Shown: positions 29,636 through 42,181 of the stretch, piece after piece
Layout of the letters: every line of letters starts with the position of its first letter
How positions within the stretch are numbered: position 1 is the first letter of the stretch
Assembly (NCBI RefSeq): GCF_006345805.1
Contig: NC_042998.1
Coordinates: 4,154,001 to 4,218,000, forward strand
Direction of reading: 5' to 3'
DNA from: Octopus sinensis
Taxonomy: Eukaryota
Length of the DNA: 64,000 nucleotides
Made by a program: the position numbers and the translations under genes
Notes under the pieces: generated by a model
What the model saw: the letters and a program-made list of their open reading frames with translations, nothing else
Databases searched by the model: none
What the model was told of the DNA's origin: nothing

Positions 29636-30356
29636 AACAACAAACAAGATGAGGACAAATATCCGTCAATTGTAAATAATGTAAATAATATGTGTATATG
29701 TATATGCAATATAGAAACACACACACATATAATATATGTCTGTATGTGTGTGTGTGTGTGTATGTGTGTGTCTGTGTTTGCGTCTATTATGAGAATTTAG
29801 AAACTTCGAAAGATGTGAAATAATGTTTTTAATGATAGAACCAGAAATGAATAAAGCTACGAATAATAGCAGGTAGAATATTGGTATTAAAAAAGCGGTA
29901 TAATACTACGCGCCTTTATTTATAGCGTTATCTATTTCGAGTCCTTCTAAATTCATATAATGTAACGTGTAAACAATTCTCGCTACGAACACCAAAGCTT
30001 CAGAAATGGGTGGCGAAATAATATTGCTTTGGTATATTTGTTTGAACATTTTTCCATTCCAAGAGATTTTCACCAAATATTCTTCACGCTGTTATTTATA
30101 ACATTATACCATTGTTAAAGATATAACTTACTCTATATACCTATTTTGATATTAAGAACGCATTAGATCTCATGCGAAATTATAAGAATATAAACATATT
30201 CCAACTTTGATTTCGATAAACGCAAAAGTACAGAGAGGATTCTTTTGGATAGATATTTCGCAGTGTGTTTACCTCTCCTCGGAGGAAACGTACCCGATTT
30301 CCTTTTCCAGTCCAGAGAAATCGAAAGGGAAAATAAAAATAGAGGGACAGAAAATA

Positions 30357-30419
<63 letters not shown>

Positions 30420-30665
30420 ATAAGAAAATACTTGGAGAACTTTATCATGGAGAACGGGGAGATAATGTGTTTATTTTTAACTAGACAGTTACCGGTTTCA
30501 TTTGTATCAAGACAACCTCTTCATGCTGGAATAAAATGGAAAAATAAAATTGAAGAAATATTAAACGACATTGAACTTTCATGGTATCAGTTTTGTAAGT
30601 TCACATGTTATAGAGTCATGACAGTTTGATTTAATTTATTTTAATTTTTTCTCCTTTCATTCCAG

Positions 30666-30698
30666 TATGAAGAGGTTGTCCTGAAAGAAACGGAACTG
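30666..30698 (+). other. Candidate 33-nt exon of a host transcript, preceded by a candidate 71-nt intron (30595-30665)
   Basis: Donor GTAAGT at 30595; acceptor ttttttctcctttcattccag; exon; donor G|GTAAGT at 30699. Only the YEEVVLKETEL frame is open, and its coding status is unresolved. Confidence 0.5.
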
Positions 30699-31543
30699 GT
30701 AAGTGCTTTATTAAAAAAAATGTATAGCCTTTCTGTTTTCTATGATAAATTTCTCTAAACTTCTTCAAACTTTTTCAATATACATTTACGCGTATGAAAC
30801 CTCTTTTCTTTTAAATATAGATAGACAGATAGATACGTATGTGAGTGCGTTTGTTTGTTTGTTTGTTGTTTGTTTGTGTGTGTGTGTGTGGGGGGGGGTG
30901 GAGTTTAAAGTAATCTCGGCTGTTTAAAGGTTTTAGAAATGTATTTCTCACAAAGGAGTTTGATGTTTTCTTAGATATTCAAATCAACTGGATAATGCAA
31001 GAAATGAATGACAGGAACAAATAGTGCAAATACATCCACACAATAAATGAGTAAATGTAGAGAATAAGTATTGTTTACAGGCGTGGATGAAAATTTGAAT
31101 TTGCACGCTCATTAAGAACGACTGTATTCAGCAGGCTTTTACAAACAAATGAACAGTGTAAGGACAATCCTTACTAAATTTAAAAGTGGCTTGTGCGTAA
31201 GTTCATCTGTTCGAGCAACAAACAGTACGTTAAGTTTATTTTAATGAATAAGATTTTGCTCGAGTAAAGGAAATCAAGATACAGGTAACTTGAGATAAAC
31301 TAACTATGCTTTCAATAAAATGTCATGGAAGTACGGGTGTATATATATATATATATATATAAATATATCAGTGTTTGAGAAACAGATGCTAGTGGAATAT
31401 AAAACACTTCCACAATTTGTAACTAGTAGTTAAAAATATTTTTGCTCGCAAGAAAACCCAATGAGGCATTAAATATTCAGATAAGACAAAAGTAACGTAT
31501 ATGTGTGTGCGCACATGTGTGTACACGTGTATTTGTTTTACTG

Positions 31544-31590
<47 letters not shown>

Positions 31591-32184
31591 ATGCTTATGT
31601 AAATATTTGTGTGTGCAAATCTATACATTTAAATGTGTACATACATGTGTGCGTATGAGTGTGTTTATACTTATTTATACGTATTCATAAAGAAATCATA
31701 TACAAGATGCTTTCAGGCAATGCAACTAAATATATTACTATCTAGCGCTTATATTCTCATACACTCAAACATACACTGTATTGACATTGTAGTTATTAAC
31801 TGCCGCTAGTCATATTTATTCACTTGTGTGATTCATCATGAATTTTTTTAATGCTTCTAATAATTTTTTTTTACATTTCTATAAGCGGTTCTTCTATATT
31901 CACTATCAATGCCTGACTAACAGACGGTAGTGTTTATTTCTTGTTGCCTGTACTAACTATAAGAACCAACAAGCTCCGGACCAACTAGATGCAATAAACC
32001 AATATTCTTCATATTACAAACTACCATTTTCAATAAACAAGTACCTGTTATATACTTAAGTTATAGAGACCTATAAAAAGTATTGATGCTTACTGTTGAA
32101 ATACCCTTGGTCATAATCCTCCCCGATAAAGCCTGAATTATGGCAAGATCACAACAATAATCTACAGACTGTACCTTGGTAATA

Positions 32185-32217
32185 GTAACTAACTCTCCTT
32201 CTATGTTTCAGGTAAGC
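32185..32217 (+). promoter_or_regulatory. Candidate recursive splice site (branch point + polypyrimidine tract + CAG|GTAAG)
   Basis: TAACTAAC TCTCCTTCTATGTTTCAG GTAAGC. Confidence 0.35.
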
Positions 32218-32907
32218 AGTTTTGGAATCTTATATTATGGATGATTCTACAGCCAATCTTGTATATATAACATGACTGAAGATCGAACTCTGTTAGTCTA
32301 CCAAATATCCAAATAATCTTTTTACACTCCGCTAATTACTTACAGTGAACATTCATTGCTTTAACATAGTATGTTACATAAAAATTGAGCAGAGATTTCC
32401 CAGACATATTTTTATAGTTTCAATGTTTTCTTAAGTATATGTGTACTATCAACAGGATCTTACTGAATAGTAAATTCTTTACTGTTAACCAACATCTTTT
32501 CTGAACTAACTACTGGGCAAAACTTTGGTGATATAACGGGAACATATCTCACAAGATTTTCAGATTTGACTTTTTACACTTAACGCTCAGTATCCTATAG
32601 TGTGAACAAATATAGTGACATATGTTCTCAGTGAATACTGATGTAAATTTGTTTGTCCTTTATTTTTGTTTTATTTTGTTTTGTTGATTTTTGTTTTCTT
32701 TTTTGCTTTTTTGGCACGCAACTTCACATGCAGTTGTCACATCATAAATAGTTAGAAAAGTCTACTTTTCTGTTATTCTTCTCTCTTCTTCTCTTCGCCT
32801 CCCTATGTCTTTTATCTCCTAGTATGTATAGCACCATGTACCTATAACATCACATTAAATCATATCATATCATGTAGATAGATAGATAGATATTAATACA
32901 TATATCC

Positions 32908-32995
32908 ATACAACAAACAAGATGAGGACAAATGTCCGTCAATTGTAAATAATGTAAATAACGTACATAATTCCTTATCTCTTAAATATAGAACT
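32908..32995 (+). mobile_element. Isolated 3' tail of the 29.6-kb element
   Basis: CAACAAACAAGATGAGGACAAAT.TCCGTCAATTGTAAATAATGTAAATAA also occurs at 29638-29690. Confidence 0.8.
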
Positions 32996-33680
32996 ACATA
33001 TATGCATATTCATATATAAATATATAAATGCGTACTTATGTGTGTATGTGTGTGTGAGTGTGTGTATATATGTGTGTGTGTGCGTGCGTGTGTTAGAGTC
33101 TTCGTATTTCCTAATAATATTCCCCCCCACTGCTTTCTCAACTCATACTCTCTTTCTTATTTCATTTTCCTTTCGCTTTGACCATTGTCCTTTGAAATCG
33201 AACTTCTTTTCTTTTACTCCGCTCACTCCTCCCTCACTAATCTTAATGCATCCTTAAAAACTAGCTAATATTTTTTACCACCCCAGACAAAGGGTTCTCC
33301 AAAAAAAACGTTAAGCTTCTTTTCATCTTTAAGTCATAGAACGTATTCGATTGTTTCAAAAAAAAATTGCATACTTATTTTCAGAAGAATTCCACTAGTC
33401 TCCTCGGATTCTGCATATTTAAATGAAAAGAGAATTTTGTTTGTTTTATTTTTTAATATTCTCTACCTAGATCATTCTGGAATCGATAAATTATGTATTA
33501 GTGAACGCACCGTTATTGATTTAATTGATATCACGTCTTGTCATTATGGTGCATTGTGCATGCGCAAGAAATCAATATCTTGATAAAATACTAAGTAATG
33601 ACAGAGACAATAGAATATAGAACAGTTGAATTTAGAATACTTTATTGCACTCATCATCATCATCATCATTTATATGCCTG

Positions 33681-33711
<31 letters not shown>

Positions 33712-33762
33712 ATATTTCACATAAAAATCTTGCACAACAAATATTTAAACGTATATATATAC

Positions 33763-33846
<84 letters not shown>

Positions 33847-34397
33847 CTCCGCTCGAAACGTCATACCTTCCTGCTTCCATTTCCTGAGCGCCTATTAATA
33901 ATAATACTGTAATTGTTCCATTGTTGTTGTTTTTTTGTTTTCCCGTTTGGATTAAAATTATATTATATATATATATATATAAATATATGTATGTATGTAT
34001 GTATGTATGTATAAATGCGTACATACATTTATATCATCTTATACATATACGTGTCTATGTGATTGTTCTTAGATTGGATGAAATTTGTTTTTCAACATCC
34101 ATCTGGAATCGATATATAAAAATGCAAGAACAAATTTTATGATAAGATTCATTTGGTCAAATTTTAATCAGCACTCATCACCCTCCATCGTCCACACAGT
34201 TAAGGAAATAGGGGGGGGGGATCGATTTGTTCGCAAAATAAACAAAAGACGAAAATCGTTGTTAATTAATGTTTGGTAATTGATGAGTATCACAGAATAT
34301 TTTAGAACTGTATTTAATTTATCAGGAAACTGTTAATTCAAATTGTTTTAAGCACAACTACATGCAGATATTTTAGGTGTTTTGATACATTTAAATA

Positions 34398-34784
34398 CTC
34401 TCCCTTTATTTGCTTCAGTCATTTGACTGTGGCCATGCAGGAGCACCGCCTTTAGTCGAGCAAATCGACCCCATGACTTATTCTTTGTAAGCCTAGTACT
34501 TATTCTATCGGTCTATTTTGCCGAACCGCTAAGTTACGGGGACGTAAACACACCAAAATCGGTTGTCAAGCGATGGTGGTGGGACAAACACAGACACACA
34601 AACACACACATATATATATATATATACGACGGGCTTCTTTCGGTTTCCGTCTACCAAATTTACTCAAAAGGCTTTGGTCGGCCCGAGGCTAAAGTAGAAG
34701 ACACTTGCCCGAGGTGCCATGCAGTGGGACTGAACCCGGAACCATGTGGTTCGTAAGCAAGCTACTTACCACACAGCCACTCCT
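34398..34784 (-). mobile_element. SINE family A
   Basis: Reverse complement of the 15007 and 53473 copies. Confidence 0.9.
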
Positions 34785-35015
34785 AGAACACAAATTCCAC
34801 CAAAAAGCAAATATTTACTTTCTTGCTGATAGCTGTCCGTCAATGTTGACGATGACGTTGTCCGCATGGAGTCTTATCCAATATTTTGTGAGTTGATAAA
34901 TGTGAAAGCAGTCCCATCCTTGAATGATATGCCCCTGAACACAGATGACAAGGGAAGTTACCCATTGTATTGTTGATGAGTCTGAGATGACGTAGTTGGT
35001 GAGTCTGAGATGACC

Positions 35016-35124
35016 GGTTGAAAACCCCAATCAAAGTTCGAAACGAGATCAGTAAAAAGATATCTATATCTCTTACATATCTTTTTACTAATCTTGGCTC
35101 GAATTTCGACTGGGATTTTCAAAC
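35016..35124. other. Imperfect 48-bp-stem hairpin
   Basis: 39/48 Watson-Crick pairs counted by hand; 13-nt loop. Confidence 0.8.
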
Positions 35125-35530
35125 GAGTAAACAGGCAGAGATGTTGTGAATATTTTGAAATTTCGGTCGTTAACGGTACATTCAACAGAAGAGGACCAAT
35201 CGGATTCGTGCTTATTCACGTGATCTGAAAAGATTGAAACTGCAGTATTGAATTATAGGTAAGACCGAATTTTCCTATATTCACCGCCTGCAAACATTTC
35301 TGCCTGTGCCGTACTTCGTGTACATTCGCTTTATATATATATATCTTGTTGTATTTAGGAATGGTCATGTTGCCAGTTTAGCCAATAAAAACACACGCAT
35401 TATATATTTAGTGTTATTTTGCTTCAGCTTTATTTTTTTACGTTAGTCTTAATCTTATTTCGGCCTGAGTTCTTTCATCACACCTCTGTGACCTCATCAG
35501 TGGTCCTTTGCTTTCTTCTTTCTTATTATA

Positions 35531-35629
<99 letters not shown>

Positions 35630-37272
35630 TAATTTAGCAGAAAGTACAAGAATAATATTGCGGCAGAGCATCACTTATTAAAGATGATTAAAATGGTGCA
35701 TTAGGCGAAAATACTTTTATAATATAATTCATTCTTATATGGATACTCTCTTTGTTTTGCAGAGAATGAGTTTCTAATCAACTTCATTACTGAAACATTC
35801 ACTGTAGCAATATATCACTAAGTTTAATCTCATTTTTGTTGGCAATTTTGATGAATTTTTGATTCGATTTCCTAAGGTCTCTAAGATGTTTATCAGCGAG
35901 AAGAATAAAATATAATTCATATGAGAAAAGTAACACCTCTGGAGTATTCGTAGTTGTTTTCATTGAACAGTTCATGAAACAGCATTTTGCAATGCTAGGT
36001 TATTGCTATCTCGAGATTTTGCACGAGTCACATTTAGAAATTCAAAATTTTTTTCGGGGCCCATTTATTGACGCACGTAGAAAAGTTTCTTTTGTCTCAC
36101 TTGCAAATCTAATTTGTTTTTATAAGAGTAAAAATTCCATTTTCCTATTAATAACGAATATTACGAGGTATCTTAAATTCAAAACCTATTGTATAACTTG
36201 TTGAATTTTCTCTCAATTTGATTTGTTTACTGTAAACTTGTTACTTAATGGAAGCATAATTTTATTTTCTTCAGTCTTTGTGTGATGATCTGCAAAATAT
36301 TGTCAAAGGATACTTTCTTTTAACAGTATGTAACAAATTAATTTCTTCGAGGGGGAGACAACAAATCAAAGTAGACTTAGAGAATGTAAGTTGAAAATTC
36401 AATCATATTTTATAAAGAAGATATTTTTGTTGAGTAGTTATTGTACAACTAAAACGATTGCGATATGCACACATCTCTGATTTCTTTATAAAACTGGAAT
36501 AAATATTTGAAACCATATTAAATAGTACGACAACGAATAAAAACAAATGAAAGGAAAAAGAATTTCTCATAGATATGTAAACGCTATTTGAATGAAATTT
36601 AAGTTAGTACTTTTTATATGTACAAATATCGGAAATAATTTTAATAAAATCCGGGATTTGAGGAAACTAGTAATGGTCTTCTTCAGCAATAATTAGTAAA
36701 TAGGAAAGTTCCCCTCACTATCTCTCTCTTTCTAATTCTCTCTCTTTCGATTACGAACTGAGTTCTAGCTAACAAGAGAGCCATACGCCGCTATTTGGTC
36801 AACTAGAAGCTGAAAACTAATTCTTTAACTTTCACGCTACCGTTTTAAGTAAATAAAGAATGCATTGGACAATTTAGTTGTTGGTGGACTATTTATTCTT
36901 AAAAATCTGTAGTCGTAGCTTTGCTCATTCAGAGTGGAACTGCGATTAAAAAACAACAACAACAACTATGAAAAAATATCAAGGAATTTAAATTATATAT
37001 TTCTATTTTATGACGTACGTTGCTCTGTCTGTCCGTCCATGTATCTCTTTATCTCAGTCTGAAAGCATACAATTTGCAAAAGATGAATGCACAAGTAATA
37101 AATGAAAAACAAAACGGAACGAAATGAAGGTTAGGAGAAAGAAGGAAAGGGAGATGGAAGAAAAACAGGAATAAAATCTTTGTATGTACCATTTATTATG
37201 TATTATTCTTCCAATTTCTCCAATTTAAAATTTTTCTCGATCCATTTCCTTCTTACTTGTTGACTTGGCACA

Positions 37273-37274
<2 letters not shown>

Positions 37275-37365
<91 letters not shown>
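37275..37365. repeat. (CTAT)n microsatellite
   Basis: Direct reading. Confidence 0.95.
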
Positions 37366-37368
<3 letters not shown>

Positions 37369-40300
37369 ATCACTGAATTATAGTCTTTATCAAGACTAAA
37401 ACACAAACACTGAAAAATATTTGTTCCTGTGGTCGGAAATTTTTCTTGAGAAGACCCTGTAACTTTTATGCTTTATCTGTCAGAATTTACGTTGATTTAA
37501 TGTTAGAAAGCATTTTAGCTCACTCTCTTTTCTACAAGTTTATGTTTACTTTCTTCAATATTCTCTTCAAATTCGTTTTTCTTTTTCCCTGAATGCTATT
37601 TCAATATTTGTGACAGTAAGAATACACTGCTATTTGGACGTCTATTAAAATGCCTAAAAACACATGGCTGCGTGGGAAGATACGCTTCGTCTATAGTGAT
37701 ATAGAGTTTCTTAAACTCGGAAATGATAATTATATAGACAAATGTTATGTGTCAAACTAATTCAGAAAAATATAGAAAATACTCACGTTAATCATAATCG
37801 TAATTACAAATCCTGGGGCGTGTTAATTGATTTATCTGAATGTATTTCAATAAGGATCAGGATATACACAAATTTAATTTGTAAATTTTCAGGTAAAACG
37901 TTAAAACTAGTTACTGGATATAAATCAGTGTCCCTTGACCAAACGATGTCTCGTTGTTGCTGAGTTAAATCAGTAATGTTACTCCAAGAAATTACATTCT
38001 CACTAGCATATTTTAACAAATTGTTAAAAATTCGATTTTCAACAACCCTTCATCCTCTAACACACACATATGTGATTTTCTCTCTTTGCTGGTTATATCT
38101 ATATTGCATTTGCTCTTTTGTTTTCATTAACCTAACTGCTTACTCTCTTCATCAATGTTCACCAACACAGCCAACTGCATTAGAAAAGGCTTGCAAACGT
38201 CATGTGCACTGAATAACCGACATCAACTAACTTCAAAAAGCATTTCGACCAACAACCCAAGGACGAAGCATTTGATTGATATTTTAAAAAAATCATATTT
38301 AACCACTTTATATTAAGCCGCGCAATGACTTTCAATCATCATTTAAACCACGTGATCGCATAATAACGATAGATATAACTGGCTACTGCTTTGCATATGT
38401 CAAACATACATGTAGAACGACCTTCCAAAACTCATTCATTGTATATACAATTGCAACAGGCATATCTCGAACGAAAACTTCAACTCTACGATCCAGTGTT
38501 GATTTCTGATATTTGCAAGTTTCCCTCATTCATATCTGTGAACACCTGTACGAAATTAACCGATGACAGATTCTTTACATTGTCGCTCGACCGACAAGTT
38601 ATAGCTTCCATATTTCCATTGAATTACACATTACGGTTTAAAATGGTATATTGTATAATGTGGTCATGCATGTACTCAGTCGTAAGAAATAATGATAATA
38701 GGGACTGCATATCAAGACTTTATATAACAAACGCTGTTTAAACTTAATATCCGGTTTAAGTAAGACAGCGAACTTGCCCTTACGTGTTGTATTATTGTAT
38801 GAAAGAAAAGGGAAATCCCAATATTTACTGTCCCTTCAGAAAACAATGAACTTTGAAACTGTAAAATTAGTAACTGTTTAAAGCAATACTATCACGCCAA
38901 TCTGAAATTAGATTTTACGCTACTATTATTTAACATAATATTGCTATAAATTAAGTATTTCCGGTGATTTGATAGTTCACTTTGAACAACGAAGTTCATC
39001 AAAAGGCACGATATGCATAGCAGCACTCTATAAATAATTTCCCTATCACTATTAATTAAAGAGTCTCTCTCTTGAAAATAGTGTTATCATTGAATGAATA
39101 AGAAACGCAATTGAAATGTGGTATTGAGTCATAAGTAGTAAATTGTTTCCCTAATATTTAACCTGTTCACCTTGAGATGCCAAGTAAAAAACAAATCCTA
39201 AAAATCTATTGCTCCATTACTTTTTCGAACATAAGCAAAATTGACACTATTTTGTAGTACCTGAGAATATTCTACAAACCGATCCCTCTTGCATGTGCGT
39301 AAATATTTTGTTTTTCTATGGATAGAAGTAGGACAAATTAGGGGAAAGAGTAAAACACCAATTAGTGACGGTATCTAAAGAAAAAAAGTCAAACAGCTAT
39401 GAGGTGTCTCAGCAGCATCGCTTAGCAAGTACGAATTATATGTTAATATACGAATTTTATTGTTAATTGTCTCCTGGGTTATAGGGGATAGTTTTGCTAT
39501 GAACAATTTCTTATTAGTTTAAAGCTTTAGCACACGCATTGAGACAAATACAGTTCTTTTAGTAGAATATATAACACTGGCTGTTCCAGCTAGAGAGCAG
39601 TACTTCGAAAACATCGAGCGACAATGTGAGACGTGATATCAACGCACGAAAAGCAAAGTGATAACATGAGTATCCATCAGCTGTCATTAAGAGATATTTG
39701 TTTTGAGATAATAAATATTTAGATCCGATAACGCCGAATGGTATGCATTCCCTGGCTCCAAGATCCTTGCGAGATGTTGATCTGTAGGATTGCAAAATAG
39801 GCTTTAGTTGAACGTATGTTCGCCAATAATAACATATGTTACGAATATCTTTAATAGAAAATGAATGATGTATTATCTACGAATAATTTAGAAATTTTCA
39901 AACACATCGATTATGCAATCAATCCTGAAAACGTCAAAGAAGATTGTATTCTGGTTGAGTAGAACAATGCACTCTAGACAAGACATCACATATATCTCCA
40001 TATCGATAGAAAGTATCAGAAACTACGAAAGAAAATTTATCCTCAAGCATACAATCTGTCATTTTTTATTGTCTATTTAAAGCTTTGTCACTTTCAAATC
40101 GATTACTTTCTTAGCCTGTAACGAGAGTAAATCGTCTCTTCAGAATGTAGTTTGGATATTACGAAGTTATTCTGATTTAAATCATTAGCCAGAGCAACTT
40201 CCTTATCAATGGGATATAGATATTCACAATCAGAAAGGAAAGAAAAAAAGCAATACGACACTCTCCTTGAGAAAATGCTTATGGCAAGGCAAGTTCTAAT

Positions 40301-41396
40301 ACGTTGGCCACGATTGCAAATAGGAGAGGGCATGGAGGAAAATATTTTATATAACGATTTTAATAGTTTTCTGGTGGTATCTTATATGACGATTTTAATA
40401 GTTTTCTGGAGCACTGACCGGGTTTTGAAATAGGAAATGTAGAATTATTTTTCAATTTATCAGAAAAGCAAGCCACCTATTTGCAATAATAAACTAGCAA
40501 ACAAGTAAGTTTTTTAAGATCATTTTAAGAAGCAGAGAGAAAGATGTAATTAATAAAATTACCTTGATTAATAAAGCAAAAATCTTTTATTAGGAACAGG
40601 TACTATTTTGTAGCCTTGAATGCAATAAGTGGTGAAGTTGATATTTGTTTTCCCTAAAAGGCATGTTTCATTAGAAAGAGTTATTTTGAGAGATTTTATA
40701 AATGACAGAAATGTTTCTAAATTTTCCTAATGATCTTAAATTGAGTTACTGCGTACAAATATATCATCTAAATATGCCTAGGAAGACTTAGGATTATTTG
40801 TTAAGATGATTTGGTTCATCACTCAACGTAAGCATGCCATTGCTTTCATAAATCCCAACAAAATGTCTTGCATATTAATCCAATTCTCTCAAAAGGCAAT
40901 GTAAGAACGGCCTTTAGTCTCCTCTGTTAGTTGATAATAGGCAAACATCATAACGAATTCGCTAAAATATGAATGATAGATGGAATTACCCGTCAATGAA
41001 AGACTGGTAAACCTTCGAGAATATACATGTTGACAGTTTTTGATACATCAACTGCTACACGTTGTTTGTTTTGTGGCTTTCGTTTTAGATTTTTGTGTTA
41101 TTACAGCTTGAAATCTCCATGGTAAGATACTCGGTTCAACGATAGTTTCTTTGATTAGGTTACTTTTTGTCTTGAGAATTTGCTATTGACTACAGCATAT
41201 ATTCAACGAAATGTAACAGTTGGTTATATGCTCAGAGTTAAATCAGCAAATGGTGTAAACGTTTGATGTTATGCTAGCGAAATTTGGTATGAAGGGACTT
41301 CGTGGCAATTCGACTTAAATGCTTTGACAACTGTTAAGAGGTAAAATACAGTCCCAAATATTACATCCGATCAATGACATTTTATATATAAAATAA

Positions 41397-42181
41397 CTAG
41401 CTGAATTACCCGGTGTTGCCCGGGTTACTGTTGTTCATATTCAGATTAGTAAACAATAAATATGTAGGTATGTATATTTTCATAATTATTTCAAAATATA
41501 TTTTATTAAAAAATATCCCAATCGCAATGACCCTGAGAATTTTTAATTGAAATACCATAACTTAATTTAAATGGAAACTGAAGCCTCTTAAATTGAAGTG
41601 GAACATCTGTAGGTATGAGAGGAAATTTTAAAATAAAGAAATTATCTTCTTTGTGATTACCTGCTATAATTGTTACCTGTAGGACATGGGGTTTGATGGA
41701 AGTAACAATTACACTAGTTACATTACACAAACGAGATTGGTCAAGATTTCTAAGCAACATAATAGGAGCATTCAGCTTTAGTGTCAAGTTATGCTGTAGC
41801 ATCCCACTGTGTTCAGAAATTCAACAGGGTATTGAACAACCCGACCTTGATCGACACTTGTGCGAATTGATGTCATTTCTGATGTATCTGTTAACTTTTG
41901 AAGTTCATGATTGAGTTTATCAACTATTTCATTAGTTGGAGCCAGCATAGCTCTTTCGCGTAGTCAGTTTACATCACAATCATTTACAATCGCACATACA
42001 CTCACGTACGCTATACACTGACACACACAGGCATATATTTATGTAACAAATGCGCAAACACACACACACTCGCAGACACATACACACGGGGTGTATTAAT
42101 ATTAGCTAGTAATATTTGATCTGGTGGAGCAGTTTGAGAATGTATTGGGAAATGACAGACAAAGAATTTTATATAGAGAGA
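41397..42181 (-). mobile_element. Non-autonomous Helitron, 785 bp, with a Pif1-like helicase fragment
   Basis: Minus strand A|TC...ACCCGG gcaaca CCGGGT aattcag CTAG|T. ORF 41506-41802 LTLKLNAPIMLLRNLD..RLCN...PLIPTDVPLQFKRLQFPFKLSYGISIKNSQG is a RepHel helicase C-terminal part. Confidence 0.92.

Larger units (their letters stand above)
29107..29690. mobile_element. Inverted pair of a tRNA-headed, hammerhead-bearing non-autonomous element (PLE-associated)
   Basis: Arms 29107-29193 (-) and 29546-29632 (+) are reverse-complement copies; central 29291-29371 has tRNA A/B boxes on the minus strand and a 16-bp inverted repeat. Confidence 0.75.

Noticed and set aside
33843-33865. Hammerhead remnant TGAGCTCCGCTCGAAACGTC
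   Set aside because: The 5' core and stem I are overwritten by (TA)n, and stem II does not fit canonical spacing
38391-40433. Non-repetitive ORFs of 74-116 aa in the unique region
   Set aside because: No recognisable motifs or consistent splice signals; lengths are compatible with chance
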